NCBI RefSeq assembly: GCF_000940845.1
Contig: NZ_CP010341.1
Coordinates: 2,220,001 to 2,252,000, forward strand
Reading direction: 5' to 3'
Length of the DNA: 32,000 bases
DNA from: Propionibacterium freudenreichii subsp. freudenreichii
GTDB lineage: Bacteria; Actinomycetota; Actinomycetes; Propionibacteriales; Propionibacteriaceae
Under the pieces are notes generated by a model that made no database searches, was not told where the DNA came from, and saw only the letters and a program-made list of their open reading frames with translations. A program made the translations under genes and the position numbers. Below are positions 14,809-22,185 of the stretch, piece by piece (the stretch's first letter is position 1; each line of letters starts with the position of its first letter).

Positions 14809-15588
14809 TCAGACCTTGACGGCGCGCAGCAGCGCGGCAACCCGTTCGCCGGGGAACACATAACCGGTCTCGGCCACCACGGCCGAGGGCTTCTGCTCCT
14901 CGCCCCACGCCACGCCGGCGGCCATCACGGCCACGGCGATGCAGGCGTCCTGCACGCCGGGCACCAGCCACTCGGGCTCGGCCTGCGGATTCACCAGGTC
15001 GGCGAACTCGGACTTGTCGTCGCGCAGCGCCGCACGCAGCACGAGCATGCCGTAGGCGCGGGCCGCGATCGTCGGATCGGACTCCTGCTCGGCCACCAGC
15101 CGCTGGGCGAGGAAATCGACGATCACCGCCGGCATCTGCTCGGGCGCCACACCGGCACCACGCTCCGCCAGCCAGTCGGGCACGAGCACCGGCTGGTCGG
15201 CGTCGATGGCACCGCGCAGGCGCGTGCCGACGTCGGTGAGCATGCCGCATCCCAGCGACACCGCCCCCACGAACTGTGACAGATAGGTGACCCCGTAGTT
15301 GAGCCAGTTGCTCTCATCGGTGTCGCCGATCTTGTGGCCCGCCTCGATGGCGCGAGAATCGGCAAGCAGCACGTCGCGGGTCAGCTGCCAGGCGTCGGGC
15401 CAGCTGAGGGTGACGCTGAAGGCCTGACGGCGCACCTTGCCCTCGGCATCGGGACGCGGTTCGGGCACCGGCTCGGCGTCGGGGTCACCCCACCACGCGC
15501 CGGTGATCGGGTACTTGATCGACGGTCCGCCGACGCCATGTTGGTTGGCCATGCCCTGCTGGTTGCTCACGTCTCGCCCTTTCACCAC
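14809..15588 (-). CDS. Hypothetical protein (no family recognised)
   Basis: Long ORF with protein-like composition and high third-position GC. Candidate starts are GTG 15588, GTG 15570 (preceded by GAAAGGGCGAG) and ATG 15552. It lies downstream of copA on the same strand but is separated from it by a strong hairpin. Confidence 0.55.
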   Translation of the reverse strand: MVKGRDVSNQQGMANQHGVGGPSIKYPITGAWWGDPDAEPVPEPRPDAEGKVRRQAFSVTLSWPDAWQLTRDVLLADSRAIEAGHKIGDTDESNWLNYGVTYLSQFVGAVSLGCGMLTDVGTRLRGAIDADQPVLVPDWLAERGAGVAPEQMPAVIVDFLAQRLVAEQESDPTIAARAYGMLVLRAALRDDKSEFADLVNPQAEPEWLVPGVQDACIAVAVMAAGVAWGEEQKPSAVVAETGYVFPGERVAALLRAVKV

Positions 15589-15662
15589 GACGCCGGTCCG
15601 GGCGTCACGCGCAGATTACCGGATGCCCACGCCGGCCCGCCCGATGGTGGCCTCCACATGAC

Positions 15663-15711
15663 GACACCGGGGGACGGGCCACGTACTTGAAGTGGTCCAT
15701 CCCCCGGTGTC
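15663..15711 (-). terminator. Hairpin 25 nt downstream of the copA stop
   Basis: gacaccggggga (15663-74) pairs with tcccccggtgtc (15700-11); there is additional inner pairing ggccac/gtggtc. Confidence 0.55.
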
Positions 15712-15736
15712 AGGGGTGCCCTGCCGCCTGCTCGGG

Positions 15737-18292
15737 CTAGCTGCGCGCTACCTCGGGAGTCGGACGAAAGCGGCGCAACCGCAGCGAATTCGTCACGACG
15801 AATACCGAGCTGAATGCCATCGCAGCGCCGGCGATCATGGGGTTGAGAAGGCCGAATGCCGCAATCGGAATGGCGCAGACGTTGTAGAAGAAGGCCCAGA
15901 ACAGGTTGCCCCGGATGGTGCCGAGCGTGGCCCGGGCCAGGCGGATGGCGTCCACGGCAAGCACCAGGTCGTGGCGCATCAGCGTGAGGTCACTGGCGGC
16001 GATCGCCGCGTCGGTGCCCGAGCCCATGGAGATGCCGAGGTCAGCCCCGGCCAGGGCGGCGGCATCGTTCACGCCGTCGCCGATCATCGCCACGCGGTGC
16101 TCCTGACGACCCTGTTGCCCGGAGGCCTGACGGCCCGAGCCATCGGAGCCACCCTCCAGTCCCGGGACACCCTGACCGGCGTCACCCGACTGCAGCCGGG
16201 TGACCACCTCGAGCTTCTGCTGCGGCAACACCTGGGCGTGCACCTCGTCGATGCCCACCTGGGCGGCAATGTGACGCGCGGCGCGCTCGTTGTCGCCGGT
16301 GAGCATCACGGTGCGCAGGCCCATCCGGTGGAACAGCTCGATGGCGCGCTGCGAGGTGTCGGCGATCTCGTCGCTGACCGTCACCAGGCCCCGCACTGCG
16401 GCCTGCCAGGCGACGAAGACGACGGTGGCGCCCTCGTCGGCGGCGCTGTGTGCCGCGGCGACCAGCTCGGCGGGGACCACCAGCTCCTCGCGTTCCATCA
16501 GCGCGGCATTGCCGGCCAGCGAGGCCTGCCCCGCCACGGTGGCGCGCACGCCGAGTCCGGGGATGATCTGGAAGTCGTCGGCGGCCTCCGGCTCGACGCC
16601 CGCCTGTTCGGCGAAGGCGACGATGGCCTCGGCGATGGGATGCTCCGAGCCGGCCTCGAGCGTGGCGACGCGCCGCAGCACGGCGTCGGTACCGACGTCC
16701 TTGCGTCCATCGGTTGCAGGGGCGACCACCACGTGCTGCACGGCCATCTCGCCCTTGGTGAGGGTGCCGGTCTTGTCCATCACGACGGTGTCGATCGTCT
16801 TGGCGCGTTCCAGGGCCTCGGGTCCGCGGATCACGATGCCCAGCTGTGCGCCGCGTCCGGTGCCGGCCAGCAGTGCGGTGGGCGTGGCGAGCCCGAGCGC
16901 GCAGGGGCAACTGATGATCAGCACCGATACGGCGGCGGTGATCGCGAAGCTGATGCCCGCACCGGCGATCAGCCAGGCCACCAGGGCCACGAGCGCCAGC
17001 ACGATGACCACCGGCACGAAGACGCCGGCGATGCGGTCGGCGAGGCGCTGGGCGTTCGACTTGCTGGTCTGGGCCTGCTCCACGAGCGTCGCGATCTGGG
17101 ACAGCTGCGTGTCGGAGCCCACCGCGGTGGCGCGCACCACCAGGCGGCTGTTGGTGTTGAGCGTGGCGCCCACCACGCGGTCGCCCGGGCCGACCTCGAC
17201 GGGCACCGACTCGCCGGTGATCACGCGGGTGTCGATGGCGGCCTCACCGGCGGTGACCACGCCGTCGGAGGCGATCTTCTCGCCGGGACGCACGACGAAC
17301 TGCTGGCCCACCGCGAGCGCCTCGATGGGCTCGGTGTGCTCGGTGCCGTCGTCGTCGAGCAGGCGGACGCGCTTGGCGCCGAGCTTCAGCAGCTCCCGCA
17401 GTGCAGAGCCGGCCTCGCGGCGCGAGCGGGCCTCGATGAGGCGACCCAACAGGATGAAGGTGATGGTGCCGCACGCGGCCTCGAAGTAGACGCTGCCCAG
17501 GGCGTCGTGGTGCGACAGGGCGAAGGAGAACTCGTGGCGCATGCCGATCATGCCGGCGCTGCCGAAGACCAGGCAGTAGACGCTCCACAGGTAGGCGGAG
17601 ATGGTGCCGACGCTGATCAGCGTGTCCATCGACGCCGAGCCATGCTTGAGGTTGGTCCAGGTGGCCTTGTGGAAGCCCCAACCACACCAGAACAGCACGG
17701 GCGTGGCGGCCACCAGGCTTGCCCACTGCCAGCCCGGGAACTGCAGCGGGGTGACCATCGCCACGACCATCACGGGCACGGAGATGATCGCCGCCACGAT
17801 CAGGCGTCGCCTGATGGAATCGGCATGCGCACTGGCCAGCTCGTCGGAGTCGGTGTCAGGCGTGGGAAGGGACGCGTCGTAGCCGGCGTCGCGCACCACC
17901 TCGATGAGGGCTTCGGGGCGCGTGGCGGCCGGCGCCGTCACATGCGCCTTGTTGGTGGCGTAGTTGACCGCCGCCTCCACGCCGTCGACCTTGTTGAGCC
18001 TCTTCTGGATGCGCGAGGCGCACGACGCACAGGTCATGCCGGTGACGTCGAGGTCGATGCTCACCAGGTCGCGGGCATCGTCGGGAATGGTGATGGTGTC
18101 GTCGAGCACGACCGTGTTGCCGGCCGAATCATCAGCTACCAGGCCCGGGGCGCCAGGGCGCCCACCAGCCACCAGGTCCGGGGCGCCAGAGCGCCCACCA
18201 GCCACCAGGTCCGGGGCGCCAGAGCGCCCACCAGTTGCCGCGTCGGGCGGCGTGGAAGTGCCGCCTGCTTGCTCATGCGCACTGTTGGTCAT
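15737..18292 (-). CDS. copA: Copper-translocating P1B-type ATPase
   Basis: HMA domain GMTCASCASRIQKRLNKVDGV, TGESVPV, CPCALGLATP, DKTGTLT, MLTGDN and GDGVNDAAALA. ATG 18292 is preceded by GAAGGGAA; the track start 18370 adds 26 poorly protein-like residues. Confidence 0.92.
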   Translation of the reverse strand: MTNSAHEQAGGTSTPPDAATGGRSGAPDLVAGGRSGAPDLVAGGRPGAPGLVADDSAGNTVVLDDTITIPDDARDLVSIDLDVTGMTCASCASRIQKRLNKVDGVEAAVNYATNKAHVTAPAATRPEALIEVVRDAGYDASLPTPDTDSDELASAHADSIRRRLIVAAIISVPVMVVAMVTPLQFPGWQWASLVAATPVLFWCGWGFHKATWTNLKHGSASMDTLISVGTISAYLWSVYCLVFGSAGMIGMRHEFSFALSHHDALGSVYFEAACGTITFILLGRLIEARSRREAGSALRELLKLGAKRVRLLDDDGTEHTEPIEALAVGQQFVVRPGEKIASDGVVTAGEAAIDTRVITGESVPVEVGPGDRVVGATLNTNSRLVVRATAVGSDTQLSQIATLVEQAQTSKSNAQRLADRIAGVFVPVVIVLALVALVAWLIAGAGISFAITAAVSVLIISCPCALGLATPTALLAGTGRGAQLGIVIRGPEALERAKTIDTVVMDKTGTLTKGEMAVQHVVVAPATDGRKDVGTDAVLRRVATLEAGSEHPIAEAIVAFAEQAGVEPEAADDFQIIPGLGVRATVAGQASLAGNAALMEREELVVPAELVAAAHSAADEGATVVFVAWQAAVRGLVTVSDEIADTSQRAIELFHRMGLRTVMLTGDNERAARHIAAQVGIDEVHAQVLPQQKLEVVTRLQSGDAGQGVPGLEGGSDGSGRQASGQQGRQEHRVAMIGDGVNDAAALAGADLGISMGSGTDAAIAASDLTLMRHDLVLAVDAIRLARATLGTIRGNLFWAFFYNVCAIPIAAFGLLNPMIAGAAMAFSSVFVVTNSLRLRRFRPTPEVARS
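18138..18236 (-). repeat. 33-bp in-frame tandem repeat x3 in the copA N-terminal region
   Basis: Units at 18138, 18171 and 18204 (accaggtccggggcgccagagcgcccaccagcc) encode GGRSGAPDLVA x3 upstream of the HMA domain. Confidence 0.9.
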
Positions 18293-18401
18293 CGGATTCC
18301 CTTCAACGGGGTGGGGGGCGTGGAGGCACCCGTCGGCACGCGAAACGTGGCCCCACGGTCGGTGGGCCACGGCGCGTCGGGCCGGGCAGGTCAGTTCCGC
18401 G

Positions 18402-18614
18402 TCAGGCGGGCTGCACCTGGTAGTCCTCGCCGGCCTCGGTGACGGCGGCCTTGATCGCGTCGAAGTCGATGGGCTCGGCGCTCGTGATGGCCATCGAGCC
18501 GTCGTCGAGCTTCACCTTCACCTTGCGGACGCCCGGCAGCGCCGAGACCTCTTCGGTGACGTGGTTGACGCAGTGTCCGCAGGTCATTCCGGTGACGACG
18601 TACTTGCTCTTCAT
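18402..18614 (-). CDS. copZ: Heavy-metal-associated copper chaperone
   Basis: A 70-aa protein with a GMTCGHCV metal-binding motif and RBS GAAGGAAG upstream of the ATG. Confidence 0.9.
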   Translation of the reverse strand: MKSKYVVTGMTCGHCVNHVTEEVSALPGVRKVKVKLDDGSMAITSAEPIDFDAIKAAVTEAGEDYQVQPA

Positions 18615-18748
18615 GGTGGTACTTCCTTCTTCTGAGGGGTTGTTGATGTGCTGTCCGCTGAGGGACCGTGTCTGATTCGACCCGGCGCGACTCAGCGGGG
18701 CGTGATTCGCAGATGGGGGGTCGCGGCGCGATGGCCGGACCCGATTGG

Positions 18749-19162
18749 CTACGACCTGACCAGCCGGGCGATGGCGTCGGAGGCCTCGGCCAGCTTGATC
18801 TCGGCCTCGTCGCCGCCCTCGCGGGCAGCGCGCACCACGCAGGTGCTCATGTGCTCGTCGAGCATCGCCAGCGCCACGGATTGCAGCGCCTTCGAGGTGG
18901 CCGATATCTGGGTGAGAATGTCGATGCAGTACTTCTCGTCGAGCACCATCTTCTGCAGCCCGCGCACCTGGCCCTCAATGCGCCGCAGGCGCTTGAGGTA
19001 GTTCTCCTTGTTATCCAGATAGCCGTGGTGGTGATTGCATTCGCCATCGCAGCCACAATCGCCATGCGCATCATCCACGGTGGCGGTTGGTGCCGGCGTG
19101 CTTTCCGGATCGGCTGCCAGCGGCAGGTCGGTGACCCCGCGAGCCTTCGTTGCTTCACTCAC
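18749..19162 (-). CDS. csoR: CsoR-family copper-sensing repressor with a Cys/His-rich N-terminal extension
   Basis: YLKRLRRIEGQVRGLQKMV, YCIDILTQISA and LDEHMSTCV give the C-H-C copper ligand pattern of CsoR. GTG 19162 is the most upstream start that does not run into the operator; an internal GTG (VDDAHGD) is also possible. The track start 19654 is rejected. Confidence 0.85.
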   Translation of the reverse strand: MSEATKARGVTDLPLAADPESTPAPTATVDDAHGDCGCDGECNHHHGYLDNKENYLKRLRRIEGQVRGLQKMVLDEKYCIDILTQISATSKALQSVALAMLDEHMSTCVVRAAREGGDEAEIKLAEASDAIARLVRS

Positions 19163-19175
19163 GGACGTCAGATTA

Positions 19176-19192
19176 ATACCCCCGGGGGGTAT
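19176..19192. promoter_or_regulatory. CsoR operator 1 (ATACCCCCGGGGGGTAT)
   Basis: GC-tract inverted repeat of the ATACCC-N-GGGTAT type described for actinobacterial CsoR operators, 14 nt upstream of the csoR start. Confidence 0.75.
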
Positions 19193-19210
19193 TGGCAAGC
19201 GCTCAGGACG

Positions 19211-19227
19211 ATACCCCCACAGGGTAT
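19211..19227. promoter_or_regulatory. CsoR operator 2 (ATACCCCCACAGGGTAT)
   Basis: A second copy of the same inverted-repeat type, 35 bp (centre to centre) from operator 1. Confidence 0.7.
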
Positions 19228-19441
19228 GCCCATCAGGCCCATCCACGGAAGGCCGGACGCCCCCGGTGCGGGCATCGCCGGCACCCGGACCCGGGGCGCG
19301 CCGCCGCACTGCCACGTCACTGCCATGCCCCGCCGACCCGTGCCGGGGCGCTCCGACTCCGGGGCCGCGGACCCGGTACCCGACCCCACCAATCCCGCCC
19401 ATCCGTCCGGCCCACGGACCCGGGATCAGCACAAAACCGAG

Positions 19442-19713
19442 ATATCCACATTCGCTGTGCATAAGTGCCATCCGACAATCCCCACACCGCGATCCCTTCC
19501 TTTCCGGTCGTCGACCGATCCCCCACGCGGACGCGGATGCTCCCCGCCCCGCCGGAAACGTCAGTTCCGCGCTTTCCCCGCGTGGAAGTGCCGCCGCGGG
19601 GCTGTGCGCCCGGCACCCGTCCACGAGTTTTCCGGGCAGTATCCCGTCGTCCACATGCGCTCAGGCGGGTCGTCCACAACGGTCCACATGCCGTCCACAG
19701 GGCCTGTGGAAAA
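19442..19713. promoter_or_regulatory. Cluster of DnaA-box-like 9-mers (core TCCACA) upstream of dnaB; dense core at 19647-19713
   Basis: ATATCCACA 19442-50; TCGTCCACA 19647-55; TCGTCCACA 19670-78; CGGTCCACA 19680-88; CCGTCCACA 19691-99; TGTGGAAAA 19705-13 (opposite orientation). The last two form the perfect 17-bp palindrome TCCACAGGGCCTGTGGA (19694-19710). Confidence 0.5.
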
Positions 19714-20066
19714 CCACCCTTGCCGCAGGTTTTCGGGGCGGCTACCGTTGGGCCTCGCACGCCACAACCACAGCCGCACGCACACGCCGCGACCAGGTCG
19801 TCCCCACCGTCCAGCACCCCGCCCGCCGGGGTCCGCACGGGGCAACGACATGGGCCAACCACACGGGCACCACGACCGGAAAACACCGCGCTGACAGGGC
19901 ACAGGACCACGCCGGGGCACCCGATCGGCCCGTGCGCGGCCAAAAACTGTGGGTGGCGGCGGGCACAATGCTTGCCGGGCAGTCACCACCGCCCGCGCAG
20001 GACCATCGGGACCACAAGACATGTGCCCGACGAGCCGTTCGGACCAACCGTTCGGAGAGGGAGCGA

Positions 20067-21422
20067 ATGAGCGCCATAGAGATGGATCGTCCGCCACTGG
20101 CCGGCGACCTTGATCGCACTCCGCCACAGGACGTGGGTGCCGAGCAGAGCGTGCTCGGGGCCATGCTCATGAGCAAGGACGCCATTGCCGACGTGATCGA
20201 GGAGGTGCGCCCCCAGGACTTCTACCGTCCGGCGCACGAGACGATCTACGAGGCGATCATCGACCTGTACGGACGCGGCGAACCCGCCGATGCCGTCACC
20301 GTGGCCGCCGAGCTCGACAAGCGTGGCGAACTGGAGCGGGTGGGTGGACGTGTCGGCCTGGTCGACCTGATGCAGTCCATCTCGATCGCCGCCAACGCCG
20401 GCTACTACGCCCAGATCGTGCACGACAAGGCCACGCTGCGCCGGCTGGTTGACGCGTCGATGAAGATCGCCCAGCTCGGCTACCAGGGCGCCGGCGACGT
20501 GCCCGACATCGTGGACGCCGCCCAGCAGACCATCTACGAGGTGAGCGAGGGCAAGACCAGCGAGGACTACAAGTCGCTGAAGGAGCTGCTCGAGCCCACC
20601 ATCGACGAGATGGAGGCGATCGAATCGCACACCGGCGTGATGTCGGGGGTGCCCACCGGGTTCATCGACCTGGACGAGCTCACCAATGGCCTGCACGGCG
20701 GCCAGATGATCATCGTGGCCGCGCGGCCCGCCGTCGGGAAGTCGACACTGGCGTTGGACTTCGCCCGTTCAGCGGCGGTGAGCAACAAGCTGCCATGTGC
20801 CTACTTCAGCCTGGAGATGAGCCAGACCGAATTGGTGATGCGCCTGCTGAGTGCCGAGGCGACCGTGCCGCTGAACCACATTCGCAACGGCAAGCTCAAC
20901 GACGAGGAATGGGACCAGATCGTGCGCAAGGCCGGTCAGGTGCAGGAGGCGCCGCTGTTCATCGACGACTCCCCCAACCTGACGATGATGGAGATCCGGG
21001 CCAAGGCCCGTCGCCTCAAGCAGCGCAATGACCTGAAGCTGATCATCATCGACTACCTGCAGCTGATGAGTTCGGGACGCAAGGTGGAAAGCCGCCAGCT
21101 GGAGGTCAGTGAGTTCAGCCGCCAGATCAAGCTGTTGGCCAAGGAACTGTCGATCCCGGTGGTGGCGCTCTGCCAGCTCAACCGTGGCCCCGAGCAGCGC
21201 AATGACAAGAAGCCGATGCTGTCCGACCTGCGTGAGTCCGGATCGCTGGAGCAGGACGCCGACATGGTGATCCTGCTGCACCGCGAGGACGTCTACGACC
21301 GCGACAGCCCGCGCGCCGGCGAGGCCGACTTCATCGTGGCCAAGCACCGCAACGGCCCCACCGCCACCATCACCACCGCATTCCAGGGCCATTACAGCCG
21401 CTTCGTGGATATGCAGCGCTGA
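20067..21422 (+). CDS. dnaB: Replicative DNA helicase DnaB (no intein)
   Basis: PPQDVGAEQSVLGAMLMS, Walker A AARPAVGKST, IIIDYLQLM, SRQIKLLAKEL..PVVALCQLNRG and SDLRESGSLEQDAD. ATG 20067 is preceded by GGAGAGGGAG. The 344 upstream codons of the track ORF are Arg/Pro/Thr-rich non-protein-like sequence. Confidence 0.95.
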   Translation: MSAIEMDRPPLAGDLDRTPPQDVGAEQSVLGAMLMSKDAIADVIEEVRPQDFYRPAHETIYEAIIDLYGRGEPADAVTVAAELDKRGELERVGGRVGLVDLMQSISIAANAGYYAQIVHDKATLRRLVDASMKIAQLGYQGAGDVPDIVDAAQQTIYEVSEGKTSEDYKSLKELLEPTIDEMEAIESHTGVMSGVPTGFIDLDELTNGLHGGQMIIVAARPAVGKSTLALDFARSAAVSNKLPCAYFSLEMSQTELVMRLLSAEATVPLNHIRNGKLNDEEWDQIVRKAGQVQEAPLFIDDSPNLTMMEIRAKARRLKQRNDLKLIIIDYLQLMSSGRKVESRQLEVSEFSRQIKLLAKELSIPVVALCQLNRGPEQRNDKKPMLSDLRESGSLEQDADMVILLHREDVYDRDSPRAGEADFIVAKHRNGPTATITTAFQGHYSRFVDMQR

Positions 21423-21550
21423 GTCCCCGAGTCCGCACCATCTGATCGATTACTGGCGGCCACCGGGCCGGGCTGCTGGGCGCACCAGGCGTGCACCCGA
21501 ATGAGGCTCCCGACCCGACCGGGCACTGGACTGCGCAATCGGGCCTGCAG

Positions 21551-22081
21551 TCAGGGCTCGCGTTCCGCGGGTGCGTCATCCAGCAGTTCCAACACGTGGA
21601 GGGCCCCGGCCACATTCACCGAAGGGGGCAGGAGCTCGCTCAGCAGGTGGGCCCATTCCGCCCGGACGCGGGCAGTGGCGCGGCGCGCGTCGTCGGTGAC
21701 GAATAGCCGCGTGACGCGCGCGTCGTCCCGATCTGCAGCGCGGGTGATCAGGCCCTTGCGCTCCAGGGATCGCAATCCGGCGCTGGCATTGCTGCTGCGC
21801 ACCATCAGGTCGCGCGCCAACACCCCCGGGCTGGTGCCGGGATGGTCGTCTACGTAGCGCAGGAACAGGGCTTCCAGCGGGCTCACCGGGGTGATGAGCG
21901 GGTCCCGGAAGCGATGTGCCTCGATGCGGCGTGCCACCCGCACGATGCGATCGGCCAGTTCGCCGAGCTGCTTGTCGCGGGGTCGATCGTCCGGGGACGG
22001 CGTCACCGCGTGCTCGCCGCGTACATGCTCCGCGGGTGCATCGTCGTCGTGTACGCCCTCGCCCCGTGCCGGCTGGTCCAT
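21551..22081 (-). CDS. MarR-family transcriptional regulator
   Basis: Winged-HTH region LFLRYVDDHPGTSPGVLARDLMVRSSNASAGLRSLERKGLITRAADRDDARVTRLFVT, divergent from an MFS exporter gene. Confidence 0.85.
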   Translation of the reverse strand: MDQPARGEGVHDDDAPAEHVRGEHAVTPSPDDRPRDKQLGELADRIVRVARRIEAHRFRDPLITPVSPLEALFLRYVDDHPGTSPGVLARDLMVRSSNASAGLRSLERKGLITRAADRDDARVTRLFVTDDARRATARVRAEWAHLLSELLPPSVNVAGALHVLELLDDAPAEREP

Positions 22082-22185
22082 GGCGTCAGTCTGCTCGGGA
22101 AACGTGTACGATGCAATAGGTATGTTTTAATAAGTATCTGGGATCCGTCGGTATCTCCACGTCGATCCCCCGAGAAAGGCACCCC
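22082..22185. promoter_or_regulatory. AT-richer divergent promoter/operator region of the marR-MFS pair
   Basis: This is the locally lowest-GC stretch of the neighbourhood. It has direct repeats AATAGGTAT (22115-23) and AATAAGTAT (22129-37), GTATCT twice (22134-39, 22152-57), and RBS GAGAAAGG before TTG 22186. Confidence 0.35.

Noticed and set aside
15692-18442. 916-aa plus-strand ORF, the longest in the track
   Set aside because: It is antisense to copA. The translation is Gly/Arg/His/Asp/Ala-rich low complexity with no motif, while the minus strand carries every P1B-ATPase signature. This is a typical GC-rich shadow ORF.
18249-19595. Shared 16-mer GCGTGGAAGTGCCGCC (18249 and about 19580) and 12-mer GTCAGTTCCGCG (about 18390 and about 19560)
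   Set aside because: Their order and spacing differ between the two places, and matches of this length are not far from chance expectation in 32 kb of GC-biased sequence. No surrounding similarity was seen.
19035-20066. 344-codon upstream extension of the dnaB ORF, with overlapping ORFs 18668..19894, 19317..19943, 19465..20070 and 19561..20127
   Set aside because: None looks like protein (Arg/Pro/Thr/Gly runs). DnaB homology begins at MSAIEMD (ATG 20067), which has a strong RBS. The region is treated as non-coding.
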